From Camelus dromedarius (Eukaryota): DNA of 64,000 nucleotides. Shown piece by piece: positions 1 through 11,740 of the stretch. Below the pieces are notes generated by a model. It was not told the DNA's origin and ran no database searches. It saw only the letters and a list, made by a program, of their open reading frames with translations. The translations under genes and the position numbers were made by a program. The stretch spans positions 52,268,001-52,332,000 of the forward strand of contig NC_087447.1 of NCBI RefSeq assembly GCF_036321535.1, given 5' to 3'. Within the stretch, counting starts at the first letter, position 1. Each line of letters opens with the position of its first letter.

Positions 1-227
1 CTTGAGTTAATTGGGAATTTAGCTTACTAAGGGAGTATGACCCCAGTTTAAAAATATCTAAAGGTCTATTACATGAAATAAGCATTAGACTTTCGCTTGG
101 TGGCCCTAATAGGTTGATTTAGGTCCAGCGAGTAAGGACTGTGGTTCAAAGGAAGAAAGAATTCTGTAAGAGTCAGAGATGAACACCACGTACTATGTTG
201 GGTTACATTCTGTTGCTGTGTATGTAT

Positions 228-355
228 CTACTCAAATACTAAACTTCTTGAGGTGAGGAAATGTGTTATTCATCTCTGAATCTCCAGTAAATAGTATTCT
301 TGACTCAAAGCAGCTGTTAAATGAAAGTTTGTTCGTTAAATGACCAAATGAATAG
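228..355 (+). mobile_element. L2 LINE 3' end relic
   Basis: aaacttcttgaggtgaggaaatgtgttattcatctctgaatctccag...tttgttcgttaaatgaccaaatgaat resembles the L2 3' terminus. Confidence 0.55.
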
Positions 356-1349
356 ACGAGCAGATCTATAAGGTCACACATTTCCAGTTACTGATGTGCT
401 GAAGGAGAGGGCAAATTATTGACTGGCAGGGGTCTTGCAGGCGCATTAAAGATAGATGGCATGGAATCTTCCAAATCTGAAACCTCAGGATTCTCTGAGT
501 CGTGGTGTAAGGGGACACGCCTGGGCTGTTATCAAGAAACTTGGGTTATGGTCCTACTCCTGCCACTAGTTTGTTAGGTACCTTGGCCACATCCCTTTTT
601 CTCTTAGAACTTTATTTTCACCTACAGAATTCATTAAATTTATTCAGCAAATACTTCATTAGAATCTACTCTGGCTCAGGAAGTGTTCTGATGCAGTGGA
701 TGGCTCAGATGATCTTTCAGGTCTAACATCCTGTGATGGGATGAGTCAAATAAAATCATCACTATTTAGAAAACTATACTAACAGATAAGAAACTAAATC
801 ATCATCAACCCATTTATGGCCTGACGGAGGGAAAGGAAGTTTGCTCTTTTAAGGGTAGCCTCCGACTTTTCAAACCTCCTTGCTGTGTCCTCAGATAACA
901 AGCCTCAAATTATAATCTACCCCATGAGAGGGACCTCCAGTGAGTCGCTGAGGCCAAGGGCACAGGGATAGGAATAGAGAACAGGTGTCTCACTGGCTGC
1001 CTCTAGCCAAGAGCTCCCACCTCTCCTCCCAGGGCTGTTGGCTGCAGCTTTCACAGATGCCAGAGTCCCTGCAGTTGGCTCTGGTCCTGCTGCCCTTCCC
1101 AGAGAACTCTGCACACAACCTGGGAGCATGTGCCAGTGAGGCCACTGAGACACACGGCAGGTGGTAATGAGACTGACTATGCTGTTCAGGAGCACGAGGG
1201 CCTTCCAAGGAGGGGTGCCTGCTCTCGTGTCTGGATACACTTTTTCCTCCTTTATCTTTTATCCATCTTTCATTCACAGCTCCTTCTGAGAAGTAACACT
1301 CTGCCTACAGTTCTTGCTTCAGCAGGAAGCACAGGTGGACCAGAAGATT

Positions 1350-1792
1350 GGCCACACCTGCTCGGACCAAGTCCCAAGGGCCTGGTACACAGAGGCTCTG
1401 GGCCAGTCAGGGTCCCACTCTCGGGTCTGAACTCAAATGTGCCCAGGAATGAGGCAGTCAGTGATGAGAGTGGAAGCCAAAAGCCATGATGGAAGCAGGG
1501 GGCTAGTGAGGGTTATCTGGCCAGGTAGGAGCCCACATCCAGAGGAAGCCATCCTGAGTGAGCAGAGGCAGCTGGTGAATAGAGCTGAAGCTGAGAGAGC
1601 ACCAGGCCATGCCGCCCATGGGAAGAGAACCACTAGGGGCCTGGGAGCAGCCTGGGTGCCCAGAGGCTTCTCACTGCCTATTTTAGTCCCAAACCATGTG
1701 ACTTTTTTGAACCGACTTCACCACCACACCTGCCTTTCCTTGAGGTTGCCTGGGTGCTTTTTTGCTTCTGGTGACTGAAAGAATCTTGACAA
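1350..1792 (+). mobile_element. Old ERVL/ERVL-MaLR-type LTR relic (family uncertain)
   Basis: Ends in ...gcttctggtgactgaaagaatcttgaca, like ERVL/MaLR LTR 3' ends. Left boundary approximate. Confidence 0.35.
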
Positions 1793-1884
1793 GTCCATTC
1801 ACCTTGGACCTTATCCGCTCAACCTGACAGTCAGGTAGACCTTACCCGGCTTTGATGGTAACTGATGAATGCAGGACTTCATGT

Positions 1885-2108
1885 GTTTAAAGCATTTCTG
1901 CATACAGTTGCACATGGTTATATTTGATCCTTACAACAGCTTTGTATGTAGGAAGGGAAGGTGCTATTTATTACTCCCCGCATTGTAGATGGGAACACGA
2001 AGGCATAGAGAACTCGCTCAAGTTTATGCAGCTAACAAGTGACAGGGCTAGCATTAAAATCTAGATTTCTCCTCCCACCTCATCTAGGGATTCCTCCACT
2101 ACACCACA
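1885..2108 (-). mobile_element. MIR SINE
   Basis: Reverse-strand MIR core: tttgatccttacaacagc...cattgtagatgggaacacgaaggcatagaga...cctccactacaccac. Confidence 0.65.
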
Positions 2109-2331
2109 ACTGCCAATCCAATTAGAAAACATGCTGAGCCCACTCCTTTTGCCTCCGGTGTCTGTCAGTTACAGAGTGAGGACGACACAAAGGATGCTGC
2201 CAGGGCCAGGAAATTCCAAATGGCACCTATTTTGGCTTTGTTAATTGAAATTCTGTTCTTAAAACATATCTTCCAGCATTCAAACATCAAAATGTGACTC
2301 CCACCACTCACAAAGTATCATACATCACTAT

Positions 2332-2333
<2 letters not shown>

Positions 2334-2386
<53 letters not shown>
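2334..2386. repeat. (GT)26 perfect microsatellite
   Basis: 53 nt of uninterrupted GT alternation. Confidence 0.98.
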
Positions 2387-2387
<1 letters not shown>

Positions 2388-2510
2388 AGGGGCTTGTTAA
2401 AGCATGGATTGCTGGGTCCTGCCCCCAAGAGTTTCTGATTTAATAGGTCTAGGGTAGGGTCCCAGGTGATGTTGATGCCCTGGGTCTGGGTACCACTTTG
2501 AGAACCACTA
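2387..2510 (-). mobile_element. MER5A-like hAT-Charlie MITE, internally deleted
   Basis: gagggcttgttaaagcatggattgctgggtcc...agagtttctgatt...cccaggtgatgttgatg...ccactttgagaaccacta matches MER5A including the terminal inverted repeat. Confidence 0.8.
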
Positions 2511-3341
2511 GTCTGGAAGAAAGGCTGAGACTTTACACACAGGTTTATAAAAACAAGCCAGAGAGGACAGAAACAGCTGAACTATGCAAGAACGCAAAAG
2601 AACTTGTGGACCACTTCCAAAGAAGAGGGCTGGGTCTTCCAGGAGGTAGTGTGTGAATAGCTCTTAAAGAATAGGCAGCCTTTTGAAATGCAAAGCAATC
2701 CTGGGCAAGATGGGGGTTAAATAAGAGCCAGGTCCAGAATAATCATCTTTGCTGCTCCCACGCAGTGACCTGCTGATCATCACGCCAACTTCATGTCAAG
2801 TCTGTCTTTGGAACAAATTATTTAAGAAATCCGTTTTTTAAAAGCTCAACTCATCTACTGGCTAGAGAGTTCTCCCTAATCAGCATCACTTGATGTTGAA
2901 TTATTCTGTGCCGACAGACAAGAGAGAAACAGAAACAGGCTCTGAGGAGGTGGGGGTTGAGGGAACTCTTAATTATTCTCTAATCATTTATCGAGGCTTG
3001 TCACCAAGCTCGATACTGCTTACAAACCATATAGAAAACCAAGCTTCCCCACCCCTCTTTCATGTCAGGACAGTCAGATCTGAAAATGTACAGAACCATA
3101 TAAAGATGACTTAGATGCCTGCAGGTTAAAAATGCCCATGCTAGCCTGGACTTTCCTTGGAAAATGGCAAAGTCCGATGGGTATCACCTCTGGCCTGAAC
3201 CACTGTGTCAGCCTTCCAAGTGGACTTCTACCTCCAACCTGTCCCTGTCAGTCTGTCCTATACCTGGAGACCAGATCTGTCATCTTGAAATTGAGTCTCT
3301 TCAGGCCACTGTTCCTTAGCATCTATAGTAGATATCACAAA

Positions 3342-3600
3342 CCAGAGGCTGATGGACACTTTTGTTTGCACATTGTTTTAAAAAATTTGAATTAAGTGCC
3401 AGAAGTTTTCAAAAAGGAGAGTTCACAGAAAAATCTGAATGGTGGCTTTTCTTGAAAAACTGGAAGACCCAGCAGGGCAGCAATCTCCTCTCATTTAAGA
3501 AAGGCCCAGACCCCATGGTGTCTATCGCCCCCCTCTGCAGCTTCCTGCACTGCTGCCACCTGCCTGGGTCCCCAAGACATCTGAACACAGGACCCTGGCC
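3342..3600 (-). mobile_element. MER102-like hAT-Charlie element
   Basis: aaaaatttgaattaagtgcca...aaaaatctgaatggtggcttttcttgaaaaactggaagaccc...cacctgcctgggtcccc. Homologous, in inverted orientation, to 13578-13820. Confidence 0.65.
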
Positions 3601-3959
3601 CAGAGTGGCATTTCCAAATGTCGTTTATTTAGGTTCTGCCTTTATGGTGTTGCCATAACCATTCACCATCTGTCCTCTTATTCACTCAGTATTTTTGGAC
3701 TCATTTATTTTCTTAAAGAAACTTATTTTAAAAAGAAATTTGAAATTTGAAACCTAATTATATTTTTCTAGTTTACTAAAATACATGCATAATTTTTGAA
3801 ATAGAGTCTCTGTATATATAGTGTAAAATAATCTCAAGAACTACACTTTAGGAAACACTGGAGAGAAGGTCTCGATTTTGGAACCAGAGGTTTAAGCCTC
3901 CAACTCTCCTTTCCAAGCTAACTGCTTTGCCATGAGAGTCTGCCTTGTGTCCTCTTTGC

Positions 3960-4390
3960 GCTGCAGCCAAGTTGCTCCCCACCCCATCCTGAACCACTCA
4001 CCCTTTTCAGCCTCCCTGATTGTGCCAACGCTGGTGACTTTGTCTGCAAAGCCTTCCCCTCACCCTTTTACACTTGTCCAAGTCCTATCTAATCTTCAAG
4101 GCCCAACTGAAATACCACCTCTTCCATGAAGCCTCCCCAAATTCCTCCTAGCAAGACTGATCTCTTTCTCTCTCATCTGAATCTAACTGGCAATTTACTT
4201 CTGTCCTTTGCTTATCATAACTTACTGCTGTCTACCTGCAGTCTAGTTACTTATGAGCATGGCTCTTTTTCTCTAGTGTACGGCAAATGCCTTGAGAGGA
4301 AGGGACTCATTTCCCACCCCTTCCTGTCCATGTCTCCCCAGTGAGTGGCATGCTGCCTTGTCCAGAGTAGTTCACTCAACACTTGCTAAA
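3960..4390 (+). mobile_element. L2 LINE 3' portion
   Basis: tcttcaaggcccaactgaaataccacctcttccatgaagcctcccc...gccttgagaggaagggactcat, typical L2 3' sequence. Confidence 0.65.
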
Positions 4391-5614
4391 TATCAAATCA
4401 CAAAGGCCATCTGTGGCTGATTTCATGTTCTCTGGTATGTTCAGCTTCAAATCCTAAGGCTGGGCTCCTTCTGTGGGGCCTGGACCGTTTATTTCCTTGC
4501 TGATTTCTTTTTTTTTTTTTAACATTTATTTTCAAACTTCATTTTTATAAACTTTTTCCAGACCTGTGGCTACACTTTCATTTCTCTTCCACTGGGCCTG
4601 CTTCATTCAGCCAGACATGATATTGGGCTTTCTACCCCGAAAATAGCACTAGCCACGTGCTTGGGGAACACGCAGTAATAAAACTTTGCAGGGCCCCATT
4701 CTTCTCTCCAGCAAGAGCTGTCAAGATGGCATCTGTGAATTATGTACTTGAATTACTGCCACCAGGACAGAACACAATAAATGATTAACAAGATGGACGC
4801 ATTCTCAGACTCCGGTGGATTTTTCTTTACAATAATCATAATGCATGCTGGTCAGTCGTGCAATGATTTGGACGGTATTTCTTTCTCATTTATCTAGTGG
4901 GTAACACTCAGCGTAATAACTTGGGTCTGTATCTTTGGGCCAGACGTCAAGTTGGACTTCTGCTTGACATCAAATCCTATTAGAGATCATGGTAATGTAA
5001 CTATATGTTCAAGCTAAATATTTTATAGCTGCTCTAGCCACCTAGACATTATCACTCCCTCAGCCTCTGGGCAGAATCCACCCACTGGCAAAAGTGAAAG
5101 CTACATATCTTGTGAGGAACTGAGGAGTAGTTGCTGCTGTGTAAAGTTTATGGAACCTTCTGGCCACCTCTGACTCTCTGGCAGCAGCAGGACTTTAAGC
5201 TACAGTTATAGTAGGTTGTAACACAAATGTTAGCCCCTGTCTGCGCCTGACCTGGAGGCAAAGTCTCCCCAGTCCCCTAACCAATGAAAAGCTGGCCAGG
5301 CCAAACACCAGGCCGTCTGCTCTCTACGCGGTAAGAGGTCTGGAGTGGTCTGTAGCTCCTGCTCTCAGCAGTGGGCCGGCCAGAGCACCAGGCCACCAAC
5401 CCCGTGGCTGGTCAGCTTTCCTCCCAGGTTCCGGGTTCCTTCCACTTGTCCACTGGGCTGGAGTGTGAGCATCAGCCCAGAAGTAGTCAGATGGGCCCTG
5501 CCCCACAGGCTTAGTCTCCAACCCGGCAGTTCCTCGGGGCTGGCTCCCACATCCTGCATAATGTGACTTCCCTTGTCTGGAGCTCCCTGACCCGTGACTA
5601 AGCACGGCCTGTAC

Positions 5615-5792
5615 AATCAGACAAACCTGGGTTTGACATCCAATTCTGACTCTCACCAGCTGTGTAACCCTGGGCAGACCACGTAGGGTCTCTGAAACCC
5701 GGCTTCCCTAATCACCTCTCTTACAGTGGGGTTGGGGGATAAATGAGATAATGCATGTAATGCAATTAGCAGTGCTTGCAGTAAATGTCTCA
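5615..5792 (+). mobile_element. MIR SINE
   Basis: cagacaaacctgggtttg...ctcaccagctgtgtaaccctgggcag...ggataaatgagataatgcatgtaa. Confidence 0.7.
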
Positions 5793-5872
5793 CCAGTGGC
5801 ACGTAAAGCGAAACCAAATCAAAACAAGCCAAACAAAGCAAGCCCATTTTGATACGGCCAAGTCAGGGGCCA

Positions 5873-6045
5873 CGTGGTGTAACAGAAAGAGCACAGAATT
5901 TAGAGTGAGACCCCCGGCCTCATCCTACTCTGCCATCTCCTGTGTGACCTTAAGCAAGTCACTTCACCTGCTGTGCCCCAGTTTCCTTTTCTGAAAAATG
6001 GGCATAATTTTACAGTGCCTGACACACAGCAGGGGTTACAGTATT
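5873..6045 (+). mobile_element. MIR SINE
   Basis: tgtgtgaccttaagcaagtcacttcacctgctgtgccccagtttccttttctgaaaaatgggcataat, MIR core. Confidence 0.75.
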
Positions 6046-7374
6046 AGCAGCTGAACGACTATGGATGGGGGCCACAGACCCTTCTAGGGAGGTTAGTATT
6101 TCCTAGCTGCTCTCTAGCTGACCTCAGCTCACTTCTCCTTCTTCGGGGCTCTTGGCACGTTGTGCTGGCAGGTATGTGCACTTGTGACAACAGGACAAGA
6201 GGGAACCAGGCTCTCGGCTTGGGAAAGCAGTAACCAGTGCTGCAGCACTGTCTCCGCACAGGACTGGCTCATGTTACTTGGGACAACTGAGTCCACATCA
6301 GATTGTTCCCTCCACCTGCATGACACACTGCAACATACGGGCTACCCCCCACGGGGAAACTGGGGCGCTGAATTCTCTCTTCCTTTGAGTTCATACCTCC
6401 AAAGTATTGATGAGCGACCAGAGACATCACGCCCACTGTGTAAGATGAGTTGTAGGGATCCATCCTCTCCTAGAAATTCCCAGGACATTTCCCGTGAACC
6501 CGCTTCATGCTGGTCCACCCCCCGCTTCTCCCCTCTGTTACCTCTCACCCTGAGCACCCCGGCCGCGCCCACCACAGCAGAGGCCTGTTCTGCTGACTAG
6601 GCTTGATTCATCACTACAGGCACGGTGTGGGCCCTGCTGCCAAAGGCAGAGCATGTGGACGTGGACACACACATACACGTGCGCAAACCTGCATGAGAAG
6701 CGGCAGGAGTGCCACCGGCTCACTGTTAACCTGAAGGTAATGAGGGCCAACGCTGGGCTTGCTGGGTCTGGAGGCTTCTGAAGGATGAAGCAGCAAAAAC
6801 TGGTCATCACCCTCCCAGGAAAGAGACTCTCCCAGCTGAGCCTTCCGCCTCCTCCTGGGGTCAGGGTAAAAGACCCCTTCATCCTAAGCCCCGAACTTGT
6901 AGAGACCGTATCTCTAGCTGCATCTGCCGAGCCTCTGTCACTTGGCCCTGCGCTCTGGGCGGCGGGCAGCGTTCCCGAGGACGCAGGTGCACGTCCTCTC
7001 CAGAGCTGTCTGGTCTTGGGGGCGGCCGCCCTGGTCATCTGACGGTTCGGAAGGTTGAGGGAGAGCAGCTTTAATTTGTGATGGTGGAGTGTAACCCCTC
7101 TTCCCTCCCAGACCCTGGGGACAGCCTTCACACTCAGCTGCTGGGACAGCACATGAAAAGGCATGGGACAGAGAATACTCTCAACAACATCCTCTGAAAG
7201 TCAAAGACGGGCTGGAGTATTTAGCCTCTCTCTCTTCCCATCTCAGCTTCCTCTATCTCTGGTGCAGATACAGACAGGTTTCCAACAAGAAGGAAATAAA
7301 TTCAGGTTCTCAACAAGGTAACAATACTAACAACAGCCCTTTACTGAGTTATAATGAAGTTAGTAAGAACCACC

Positions 7375-7560
7375 ACCCTTTGCTGAGTCCTACTATGTGC
7401 TAGGCGCTGTGATAAGCACGCTGATCTCATATAGTCTCTCATTTGACACTCACCCCAGCATTACGAGACCGGTATCATTAGCCCTGACGTTCAGATGAGG
7501 AAATGGAGGCTTAGGGAAGTGACGAGACGGCTCACCCAAGACCACAGAACTCAAAACTGT
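7375..7560 (-). mobile_element. MIR SINE
   Basis: tgctgagtcctactatgtgctaggcgctgt...cagatgaggaaatggaggcttagggaagtga. Confidence 0.7.
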
Positions 7561-8867
7561 TAGGTCTCCCAAACAGCTCGTTACTGAAACCCTCTATGTG
7601 CCAGGTGTGTGAGATTAACTGGTTTAACTGCTCCCTTCTCTGCACCCACTTCCCATGCCGCTTGAGCTATTGTACGGCGCAGGTGAAACGGCCTGCACTT
7701 AGCTGTCTCCACAACCCCCTTCTCTGGTGCAGTCAGAGCTGGGAGGGCTGAGGCGGGGCCTGGGCCGCTCACAGCCCCAGCACCCAGCTCACGGCCAGCT
7801 GAAAGGCGAAGCCTGGAAAATGGTCAGTGAGACAGACTGAGACACAGCCTCTGCCCTCTGCCCTCACAGTCTGATCCGGGCAACAGGAAGACGGGTTGCA
7901 GTGCGTAAGGGCCTGCAACAAACAAGCGGGTGAAGCCCAGAGGAGGAAGCGACACCTCAGGGACCCCCATGAAGGCACTGGAGCTCAGCTCGGGGGCTGA
8001 GCAGTTTGCGGGCGGAGAAGGGCCTTGGGATTACTTAGAAGAGCATGTTCAAAGGCAGGTGTTCTCAGAATCAGGAGGAGCAGCAGAGCTGGAAAGTAGG
8101 CTGAGCAGCAGAAGTGAGGCTGTGACGGGCAGTCAGCTGACAGATGCTGGTCACGTGGGACAAAAGAGATGCCCCACAGTCCGAGCTGGAGGCCCGAAGG
8201 AGCTTTACTCTGGGTAAATCTCAGGGCCCACAGTTGTCAATATTTTTCCTCTCTGAGCAACCTTTCGAGATGGACAATAGGAGGCTGCCTGGAACTACAG
8301 GTGTCCAGGGCTCTGACTCCTCTGGAAAATGTCTTCATTCACACCCTCAGCCAGTTGACATGCCTCTGCTTTGGGATTCAGCCTCAAAGTACAAATTAAA
8401 GAAAAGAATATGAGAGCCCACTGCCTGTCAGGAGAGTGAGTGCAGAGGTATTATCTCATTTGATCCTTCTAAGCTCAGGGGGGATAATTATCTTTCTCAA
8501 GGTCTCCCGGTTGGGTGGCTGCAGAACTTGGGTGGGGACCCTGCTTTTTTCACTCCCAGTCACATCACCTTCTCCTACACTCCAAGTAGCTTCTCATCCT
8601 GGAGTTTGGTTCCATGGCTCCTCTCTCCCTCCCTCCCTCTCCAAATCCCCCAGTGCCTTTGTGGTCCACCCTAGCCTGTAGTGACCCTGATTTTGGCCTT
8701 CTCAAAATTCCCTTGACAATTCACCTTGTCTGATGCAGTAACCCCCATCTGTTGTCTTCAGTGCTATCAGGGTTAAGTCTTCTCAGGCTGTGAGAAGCTC
8801 TTAAAGACAGAGGACCCCAGACTGTATTGTCTTTTTCTCCCCCAGGGAGCAGCACAGTGCTTTGCTT

Positions 8868-8892
8868 AAAAAAAAAAAAAAAAAAAAAAAAA
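8868..8892. repeat. Poly(A) run, 25 nt
   Basis: Direct count. Confidence 0.95.
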
Positions 8893-9534
8893 GCAAAAGT
8901 GTGACCTATATATACATTTTTTAAAACTGATTTGCCTTTTATCAGAATTAGTAGATTTGGGCATAAAAAGGTAAAACTTAGAGTTGGACAATTGTGTAAG
9001 TTTTGTGAAAACAATAGGTATGAAAGCAGAATGTGGAATAACAGTAACGTTAACATCTATCATGTGCTTACAGCGGAGTCTGTTCTGTGTGCGTCAACTC
9101 ATCTACCCCTCATAACAAAGTCTGGGCCGATGATTACTTCCGTTTCCCGATTTGCTGTCTTGGCTGTATTTGCCTAAGGCTGCATAGCTAACAAGAGGCG
9201 GTGCCGAAAACTGACCCCAGGTATCAGGCTCCAGAATGCATCCTCCAAACCATTACCCTGTTGCTGGACTGTCTACCTATTTCAATCACCACCGAATCCT
9301 TTACTCCGGAAAAAGAAGGCTTAGGAAGAACAGGCTCTCTTACTGGAGGGAAAGAAAGGCCTGCTTACTTGGATATAATGCTGCAGGTGGAAGTTCCTCG
9401 CAAATAAGCAAGACAAGTGGACTGGGCTGAGTGAGGAGAGGTGCAGGAACCCAGCTGGTCTAGCGAAAGTTCCTAATGCTACCTCCAATGGACACTTGTC
9501 AATTCTTTCTTCCTTAATCTCTGTCGCATTGAAG

Positions 9535-10700
9535 ATTTTTTCCCCCAAATCAATGCATTGTATATACATAGTTTTAAAAGTCAAGCAATCCTATGACGCT
9601 TACAATGAAAACTAGCAGACCTCTGCCCACCCCACCTCTCCCAGACAACCGCTCTCAGCTCTTTTGGCTTTTTCTTCTAGAATTTATTCCAACATTTCTA
9701 AATGCTACACTTATACAGCTATTGTTGACTTAGATTTGATGTTATCTACTGCTGCTGTCCAGTATAATCTAATGGAAAAGCAGCATTTCTTCTTCAATTT
9801 CCTGTGTTCCTATTATTGACTCTGCCCATACGAGACAACAGAACTAAAATCCCTCTGAAATAGAATTTTCCACATAGTCAAACACACAGGGTACTCTGCT
9901 GGGCCCATCGTTTACTGGCTGCCTGGAGATCCCCCTGGTGGAGACCCTGCCCTGCTGTGGTCTGCTCTGTTCATGTTCCAGGCCTGTGACACATCCGTTG
10001 CTCTGCGACTTCTCTTCTCCTCATTCACTGAACCCCTTGTTTCCCGGACCCCACTTCTTGGTTTACTTTATTGTTTTGGTGGAATGCACTTTCTAGAAGC
10101 TTCCTGGGAAAAGGTGAATGAGAGGTATGATTTTAGTACCATGCATAGCTATAAATATTTTTGCCCCAACACTGGATTGGTATTTTGATTGGCTCTGTGA
10201 GATGAGAGGAAACCTAAGGGTCTAACTGCTTCTGCTCACATATCTCAGACAAGCCCGGCCACGTTTCAGCTCCGCACCTCCCTCTTGTCCTCTACGGCGC
10301 CTGGCGCCTCGTCCCTGAGGCTTCCTGGGGCTCCGCTCCTCACGCACATCTCAATCAGCAGATGCTCAGTACTCAGCTTTCTCCATGCTGCTAATCAACC
10401 CGCTTTCTAATTTGCAAAGGTCTGCTGACATCTCTGGATGGCTACTATGTTTTGCTTTTTATTTGTCCTTGTTGGTTTGTTCCTTGTTTGTGTGCAGCCA
10501 CTGTTTTCACCATGGTGGGACTCCAGGAGGGAGCGAAGTGTACCATTCAACCACAAGTTCCTCTCCACGGCATTTTCTAATCCCTCCTTCCTGAAGATCT
10601 CTCTTCCCGCAGCTTTGAGAGCAGTGCATGTTCTGGTATTTCTGCCACTGTAGTCACTCATCCCTACTCTCCTTTTCTGCTCTTCCTCCACCCATAAGTG
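9535..10700 (-). mobile_element. Old L1-class relic (HAL1/L1M-like)
   Basis: ttttggtggaatgcactttctagaagcttcctgggaaaaggtgaatgagaggtatgatttt... resembles reverse-strand HAL1. Boundaries approximate. Confidence 0.5.
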
Positions 10701-10739
10701 CTGGGAGCTCTCAGGCATCTGTCTTAAGTCTTCCTCCCT

Positions 10740-11070
10740 TCTCATCACTTCCCACTCACCTCACTCTCCCTATTCGATTTTTTGAGGTCTCAGTTTAGAT
10801 GTCATGTTCTCAAAATAAGCCTTCCCTGACCCCACCCCTATTAGGTTAGCTCCCCTTGGTAAGTGCTCCCTATGACCTCACCCTTTTCCTTCATAACTCA
10901 TCATGTCCCATCACTGATCAATGCCCTTCTCCCTGCAGTCTGAGAGATCCACCAGAGCAGGTCCCTGTCTGCCTTGGTCACAGCGGTCACCACTGCCCAA
11001 GCACATGGAGTAGAAGGTGTGGAAAAGACACATACTGGATGAACATGTGCTAGCAAGGATAAACAGATGG
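10740..11070 (+). mobile_element. L2 LINE 3' end
   Basis: aggtctcagtttagatgtcatgttctcaaaataagccttccctgacccc...ccaccagagcaggtccctgtctgccttggtcac. Confidence 0.65.
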
Positions 11071-11223
11071 AGGAACAGATAAGTAGCATGGGAGAATGGG
11101 ATTCAAACCAGGCTTGGCCATATACATGCTGTGTAATCTTGAACCAATAAAAAAAGTGTTCAGAAAAGAGCCTTAACTCTCAACCTCAACTGCTGCTTCT
11201 GCTATATCAATCCTATTGCCATC

Positions 11224-11740
11224 AGATGACTGAAAAAAACACACAACCTAACAGGTGAGAGCTACGTTTTACCAGGAGGACATTCTAAGGACTTAGAGCC
11301 TGGGAAACAGCCTCTCAGATAATCTCAAAGGGTCTGCTCTGAAGAGACAAGAGAGGAGCCAGGATATACAGGAGTTTTTGCAATAAAGACTAGGTGGTCA
11401 GAGCATCAAAGATTACTCTTAATTAAAGAAAACTAGATAATCTCAAATTAAGGAATTTAGTGCTTTTCCACGTATGGGAAGATGCAAAAATTTGGGCTCA
11501 TTGAAATCATTCCTTTGATATGCACCTTAGCCATCTAGGGCCAGTTGCTTGTTCTTTTCCATCCTGAGTCTCTTCAGGGTGTGCCCTTTGGGGTGGCTAC
11601 AGTGGCAGATGGTGGGCACCCTGTTTCCATCCTGAGTTCCCTCAGGGCTCACCGTCCAGGGGTGGCTACAATGTGATGGCTTGAAGGCTGCAACATCCTT
11701 TGTTCACTTGTAGTATTTGCAGGCAATATTTTCATTCACA
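11224..11740 (-). mobile_element. Solo ERV1-class LTR (resembles cetartiodactyl ALTR2-type LTRs), 517 bp, 4-bp TSD CATC
   Basis: Minus strand starts TGTGAATGAAAATATTGCCTGC. CATC flanks both sides (11220-11223 and 11741-11744). Internal duplication of about 68 bp. The family name is from memory. Confidence 0.75.

Noticed and set aside
4942..4970. 9-bp imperfect hairpin gacgtcaag...cttgacatc (and an 8-bp stem near 46960-47000)
   Set aside because: Stems this short are expected by chance in 64 kb.
6538..7164. 208-aa minus-strand ORF in the TENM4 orientation
   Set aside because: No teneurin or EGF similarity; explained by local GC richness and scarcity of stop codons.
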